Shown here piece by piece: positions 59,996-64,000 of a DNA stretch of 64,000 nucleotides (position 1 is its first letter; each line of letters starts with the position of its first letter). The notes beneath the pieces were generated by a model. That model saw only the letters and a program-made list of their open reading frames with translations, was not told the origin of the DNA and did not search any database. Source of the DNA: Solirubrobacteraceae bacterium. Lineage in GTDB: Bacteria > Actinomycetota > Thermoleophilia > Solirubrobacterales > Solirubrobacteraceae. The position numbers and the translations under genes are program-made. The stretch covers positions 10,417 through 74,416 of the forward strand of contig JBEKXJ010000024.1 in assembly GCA_049512215.1 (NCBI GenBank), given 5' to 3'.

Positions 59996-60420
59996 ATGGA
60001 GCGGATGAGCCCGATCTCGTACCGCGATACCGGCAGAAGGTGCGCTCTGTGCCGCTCGCGATCGCCTCGCCGGCATGGGGCGAGGACACCCACTTCAGCC
60101 TTGTGCTGGTCTCCAGGCGCACCCAAGCCTCCCCCGCGCGCGCCCTGGAGGGCGGCGCCTGAGCCATCCGGGCTGGGCCTGGCGCTGGCAGCGCTCAAGC
60201 GACGCGCCGTTCCCGCCGGCACTGGAGCGGGGTCGAGGCGCGCCTGGCGGACGTCAAGGCGGTTCGGGCCGGGCTCGGAGGCACGGTCAACGACGTCGTG
60301 CTGACGCTGATCACGAACGGGTTCCGCGCGTTGCTCGAGTCCCGCGGGGAGCAGGTCATTGAGGATCGTGTCGTTCTCACGATCGTCCCCGTCTCAGTCC
60401 GCCGGCGAGGACGGCAGCCG
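59996..60420 (+). pseudogene. decayed wax-ester synthase/diacylglycerol acyltransferase (WS/DGAT) remnant
   Basis: In one frame, 60163-60410 reads ...ARLADVKAVRAGLGGTVNDVVLTLITNGFRALLESRGEQVIEDRVVLTIVPVSVR. This is the conserved middle of WS/DGAT proteins. It is bounded upstream by an in-frame stop, and downstream the reading frame loses all family resemblance. A possible N-terminal piece (MERMSPI...) at 59996 lies in another frame. No HHxxxDG catalytic motif is present. Confidence 0.5.
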
Positions 60421-60534
60421 GCTCATCATGCTCTCCCGCCAGCTGAACATGCACGCCGCGACGACGAAGGGCCGCTTCCGAGCGACGGCGCTGCCCGGCG
60501 CCGGGCTCAAAGCCCTCAATAAGGATCTCTGAAG

Positions 60535-60864
60535 GTGACCGACGGCGCTACCCCTCCGCGACGCGCGCCCAAGCGTCAAGCGCGCGCAAGCGCGCAGTCG
60601 GACACGCCCGAGCAGCCAGCCGTCGGCTGGCCGCTGATAGTGATTCGATATGTCCTGCCGGCCGTCGTCGTGATCGCGGGCCTAGTGATCATGGTTCAGG
60701 GCGGCGAAGGCGACCTGGAGGGCGGTGCCGGGATCGTCAGCGCGGGCCTCGCGATCTTCCTCTTGAACTGGCTCTTTCGCATCGGCGCATCCGGGGAGCG
60801 CGAGCGCGATGCCGAGGACGCCGCGCGCGAGCATTTCGACCGGCACGGACGCTGGCCCGACTGA
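60535..60864 (+). CDS. small hypothetical membrane protein (two TM segments)
   Basis: GTG start. Basic N-terminus, two hydrophobic helices (WPLIVIRYVLPAVVVIAGLVIMV; IVSAGLAIFLLNWLF) and a charged C-terminus. Confidence 0.45.
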   Translation: MTDGATPPRRAPKRQARASAQSDTPEQPAVGWPLIVIRYVLPAVVVIAGLVIMVQGGEGDLEGGAGIVSAGLAIFLLNWLFRIGASGERERDAEDAAREHFDRHGRWPD

Positions 60865-60962
60865 TAGCGAGTGGCGGTATGTAAGGCACGCGGCCGCGTC
60901 AACCCAGCGGAGCACCTCCGCGCCGCGGGAGAACTTGACGCGTCGCTAGAACTCCTTCCAGC

Positions 60963-62426
60963 GTGAACGACATCCCCGAGCTCAGCCACCGCCGTCGCAT
61001 GGCGATCCTCGCGATCTGCTGCATGAGCCTCTTGATCGTGTCCATGGACAACACGATCGCGAACGTGGCCCTGCCCTCGATCCGCCGGGACCTGCACACC
61101 TCGCTGTCGGGATTGCAGTGGATCATCGACGCCTACACGCTCGTGCTCGCCAGCCTGCTTCTGCTGTCGGGGTCGACGGCTGACCGCCTCGGCCGGCGGC
61201 GCACATTCCAGGCCGGACTTTTGCTGTTCGTGATCGGCTCGCTGATGTGCAGCCTGGCTCCCGGTCTCGGCTGGCTCATCGCCGCGCGGATGGTCCAGGC
61301 GATCGGCGGGTCGATGCTCAACCCGGTCGCGATGTCGATCATCACCAACGTCTTCACCGAGCCCAGGGAGCGCGCCCGCGCGATCGGCGCCTGGGGCGCG
61401 GTCGTCGGGCTCAGCCTCGCGCTGGGGCCGATCGTCGGCGGTTCGCTCACCGAGACGGCCGGCTGGCGGGCGATCTTCTGGATCAACGTGCCGATCGGCT
61501 TAGGGGCTTTCGCCCTCGCGGAGCTCTTCGTTCCCGAATCGCGGGCAGCCCGCGCGCGGCGGCTGGATCCGATCGGGCAACTGCTTGTGATCGTCACGCT
61601 CGCCACGCTCACCTACGCCATCATCGAGGGCCCGCAGGCGTCCTGGTCCTCGCCGGAGATAATCAGCCTCTTCACGCTGTCGGCCTGTGCTCTTGTTGCG
61701 CTCGTGCTCTACGAGCTCAGGCGCTTCGATCCGTTGATAGAGCTGCGCTTCTTCCGAAGCCCGCCCTTTTCGGGCGCGACGCTGATCGCGATCAGCGCCT
61801 TCGCGGCGTTCAGCGGGTTCCTGTTCCTGAACACCCTCTACCTGCAGGATGTCCGCGGCTACTCCGCTCTTCAGGCCGGGATGTGCACGCTGCCGATGGC
61901 GGCTACGGCGATGCTCGCCAGCCCCCTGTCCGGGCGAGTCCTGGGCGCCCGCGGGCCGCGCCTGCCCCTGCTTACCGCGGGCGTCTGCATGGTCCTCAGC
62001 GCCGTGATGCTCGCCCGGATCACCCCCAGCACGCCGCTCGGGCTGCTGCTGGCTTCATATGCGATCTTCGGCGTCGGCTTCGGCAGCGTGAACTCCCCGA
62101 TCACCTACACGGCGGTCTCGGGCATGCCCGACAGTCAGGCCGGAGTCGCAGCCGCAGTCGCCTCGACCAGCCGTCAGATAGGCCAGGCTCTCGGCGTGGC
62201 GCTCACCGGCTCGATCCTCGCCGCGTCGGGCTTCGCGGGAGCCGGCCGCCGTCTGGCGGCCTCGAGCCATCCTGCGTGGTGGCTGATCGCCGGATGGGGC
62301 GCAGCGGTGCTGATCCTGGGCGCAGCGACGAGCGGGCCCTGGGCGACGCGCATGGCGCGGCGGTTGGGCGAGCAGCTCGAGGAGGAGCCAACGGGCGAGC
62401 CGATAATCGTCTCGAGCGCGACGTGA
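60963..62426 (+). CDS. MFS transporter, DHA2 (EmrB/QacA, 14-TM) family
   Basis: GTG start. MDNTIANVALPSI, LQWIIDAYTLVLA, ADRLGRRR and MVQAIGGSMLNPVAMS motifs. Confidence 0.88.
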   Translation: MNDIPELSHRRRMAILAICCMSLLIVSMDNTIANVALPSIRRDLHTSLSGLQWIIDAYTLVLASLLLLSGSTADRLGRRRTFQAGLLLFVIGSLMCSLAPGLGWLIAARMVQAIGGSMLNPVAMSIITNVFTEPRERARAIGAWGAVVGLSLALGPIVGGSLTETAGWRAIFWINVPIGLGAFALAELFVPESRAARARRLDPIGQLLVIVTLATLTYAIIEGPQASWSSPEIISLFTLSACALVALVLYELRRFDPLIELRFFRSPPFSGATLIAISAFAAFSGFLFLNTLYLQDVRGYSALQAGMCTLPMAATAMLASPLSGRVLGARGPRLPLLTAGVCMVLSAVMLARITPSTPLGLLLASYAIFGVGFGSVNSPITYTAVSGMPDSQAGVAAAVASTSRQIGQALGVALTGSILAASGFAGAGRRLAASSHPAWWLIAGWGAAVLILGAATSGPWATRMARRLGEQLEEEPTGEPIIVSSAT

Positions 62427-62460
62427 GCGAGGCTACGCTCGCCGCCTGAAAGCCGGCAGC

Positions 62461-63444
62461 TCAACCGTGATACTGAGCCAGCAGGTCGGTGAAGGCGTAG
62501 GGCTGCTGGCTGATTCCGCTGCAGGTTTCTGAGGTCGGTCTCGCGCCGGCGCACGGCCTGTCGCGGTTGACCGACCAGAAGCTGAGTCTCGCCAGATGCT
62601 TTTCCTGGGCGAACGTCAGAATCGCCTGGAAGTCCCCGAGACCGACGGTCTCGTCGCGCTCGTCGGTGTCGCCGTTCATCGAGGAGATCCCGATGTGTTC
62701 ATAGGCGAGTGGAGCCGAGAGGCGGTATGTGGAGGCGAGATTCTGAGCGAGTCCCCTGGCGGCTTCGATCGAGGTCTGCCCCATGTCGGACACGGGGGCC
62801 CCGAAGTCGAAGGGCATGATTGTCCAGGCGGTCGGCTGGAAGCCGATCGCGGCCGCGTCCGCGATCAGGCTGCGGCCATCAGCTTCGGGGCCGCCCTCGC
62901 CGGTCCCGAACGTGACGGAGATCTCCAGGCCCGGGTTCTCGTTCTGGACGATCGCCAATGCTGCCACCACCCGCTTGCGCGTCTTGGCGTTGGTGAACTC
63001 CGAGCGCTCGATATCGATGTCGATCGCGTGCAGAGAATAGGCGTCGATCACCTTCTGATAGGCGCCGGCGAGCGATTCCGCTGTCTTGCATGAGACGCCC
63101 AGCTTGCTTCCGCTCCAGCCGCCGAAGGAAACCACGACTTCGCCCCCCGCCGCCCGGATACTTTCGATCGCAGCCTGGTCGGGCCCGCCAGTGAGGGGGC
63201 GCTCACCGTCCCAGGCGGGGCTGCATGCCCCGCGCGAGAGAATGAACGCCAGCGTCAGATCCTGGACGCCGGTCGCGGCCATCACGGCAGTCGGCGGTTG
63301 CGGATTGCCCCACCCCAGATACTCGTATGGAGCGGCCATCTCGATCGGCTGCGCAGATGCGACCGCGCCCGCCCCAGCAAAGGCAAGGACGCCGATGCAG
63401 GCCAAGACGACCATTGCAGCGGCGATGGCGCGTGGCGCTCTCAC
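62461..63444 (-). CDS. secreted glycoside hydrolase family 18 (chitinase-like)
   Basis: Signal peptide (AIAAAMVVLACIGVLAFAGAGAVASA). SFGGW. Catalytic DxDxE variant HAIDIDIE. Confidence 0.8.
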   Translation of the reverse strand: MRAPRAIAAAMVVLACIGVLAFAGAGAVASAQPIEMAAPYEYLGWGNPQPPTAVMAATGVQDLTLAFILSRGACSPAWDGERPLTGGPDQAAIESIRAAGGEVVVSFGGWSGSKLGVSCKTAESLAGAYQKVIDAYSLHAIDIDIERSEFTNAKTRKRVVAALAIVQNENPGLEISVTFGTGEGGPEADGRSLIADAAAIGFQPTAWTIMPFDFGAPVSDMGQTSIEAARGLAQNLASTYRLSAPLAYEHIGISSMNGDTDERDETVGLGDFQAILTFAQEKHLARLSFWSVNRDRPCAGARPTSETCSGISQQPYAFTDLLAQYHG

Positions 63445-63911
63445 CGGCTCGCGAGCTCACCCGGTGCCGGGCTCGAGCACCAGTGTGCCTCCGTTTCGCA
63501 GGCCGTCAGGCGTCTGGCTTGACTTCGGCGGCACGTACTCCGTCGCGAGCCAGACCGCGGTCCCGAAGGGTCCCTTCTCATCGGATCCTCCTCCTAATCG
63601 CCGATCCCGGTCTCCCGGCGGAGCATATTGGCGGCCGCGATCCACGGCAACCCTGACGCGCACGCGGCCCGGCCCCGAGCGAAGAATGGTTCTCGGCAAC
63701 GAGCTCCCCCCGCCTGAAGAGCGGGACGACGGCGGGCCGACACCGGCTTCGGCGAGCGACTGGCGCGAGTATGGACATGCTCAGCTTCGTCTACGGCCCC
63801 GCCCGCGTCACGCTCTTCAGCTCGGGGCTGCTTCGCCCCTCCCTGCGACCGCCGACGAGCGTCTGTTCTCGCAGCTGCTGGTGCCTGCCGAGGCGGGCGG
63901 CCTGTGGGGGC

Positions 63912-64000
63912 CTAGGTGTAAGTACCGAGAAGGTTGGTTCGCTCGAGTAGTCGGGCGATCGGGGGCTTGTGGCCGAGGGCTGAGTGTCTTCGGTGATGGT
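63912..64000 (-). mobile_element. 3' end of an IS481-family transposase gene (partial; continues beyond the window)
   Basis: The minus-strand frame reads ..HHRRHSALGHKPPIARLLERTNLLGTYT*. This is the typical C-terminus of IS481-type DDE (rve) transposases. Local GC drops, and a possible element end TGTGGGGGCC... starts at 63903. Confidence 0.6.

Noticed and set aside
63457-63699. 80-codon ORF just upstream of the GH18 gene
   Set aside because: It starts with TTG. The upstream in-frame sequence is Ser/Gly low-complexity, the composition is Arg/Gly-rich and I recognise no domain. I treat it as non-coding or decayed sequence.

Overview
64-kb segment of a very GC-rich bacterial chromosome (about 70% by eye, not computed). 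I call about 60 protein-coding genes; almost every long antisense or out-of-frame ORF in the six-frame track is a high-GC shadow. Several features suggest Actinomycetota, possibly a deep-branching lineage (inference):
- polA-rpsA-coaE-(SLT)-uvrB ... uvrA synteny
- split pntAa/pntAb/pntB
- a luciferase-like (F420-type) oxidoreductase
- a WS/DGAT remnant
- a CGAAC-N4-GTTCG SOS box

Core content:
- t6A operon tsaE-tsaB-rimI-tsaD, fused by 4-nt overlaps to a glutaredoxin-like gene and rex
- panC-panD-panB
- uvrA and uvrB, polA, rpsA, coaE, folP, glpD, a transhydrogenase, lon and a divergent rho-like gene

I saw no rRNA, tRNA or CRISPR array.

Most notable is a roughly 7.7-kb minus-strand operon (40886-48591). 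A clear cobalamin riboswitch precedes three secreted DUF4430 (transcobalamin beta-domain-like) proteins, then an ECF T component and a fused double ECF ATPase. The last gene fuses an ECF S-component-like membrane domain to a prenyltransferase/terpene-cyclase-like alpha/alpha-toroid domain. I read this as a B12-scavenging ECF transporter built around a 'split transcobalamin'.

Other items:
- an AT-rich structured leader or sRNA candidate with an intrinsic terminator directly upstream of tsaE
- a 53-bp MIRU-like tandem repeat next to the SOS box of uvrA
- a BCCP-carboxyltransferase fusion with no biotin carboxylase nearby
- a rho-like gene that appears to lack the RNA-translocation loops
- a right-hand end (57-64 kb) with gene remnants (GMC oxidoreductase, WS/DGAT) and the edge of an IS481-family element
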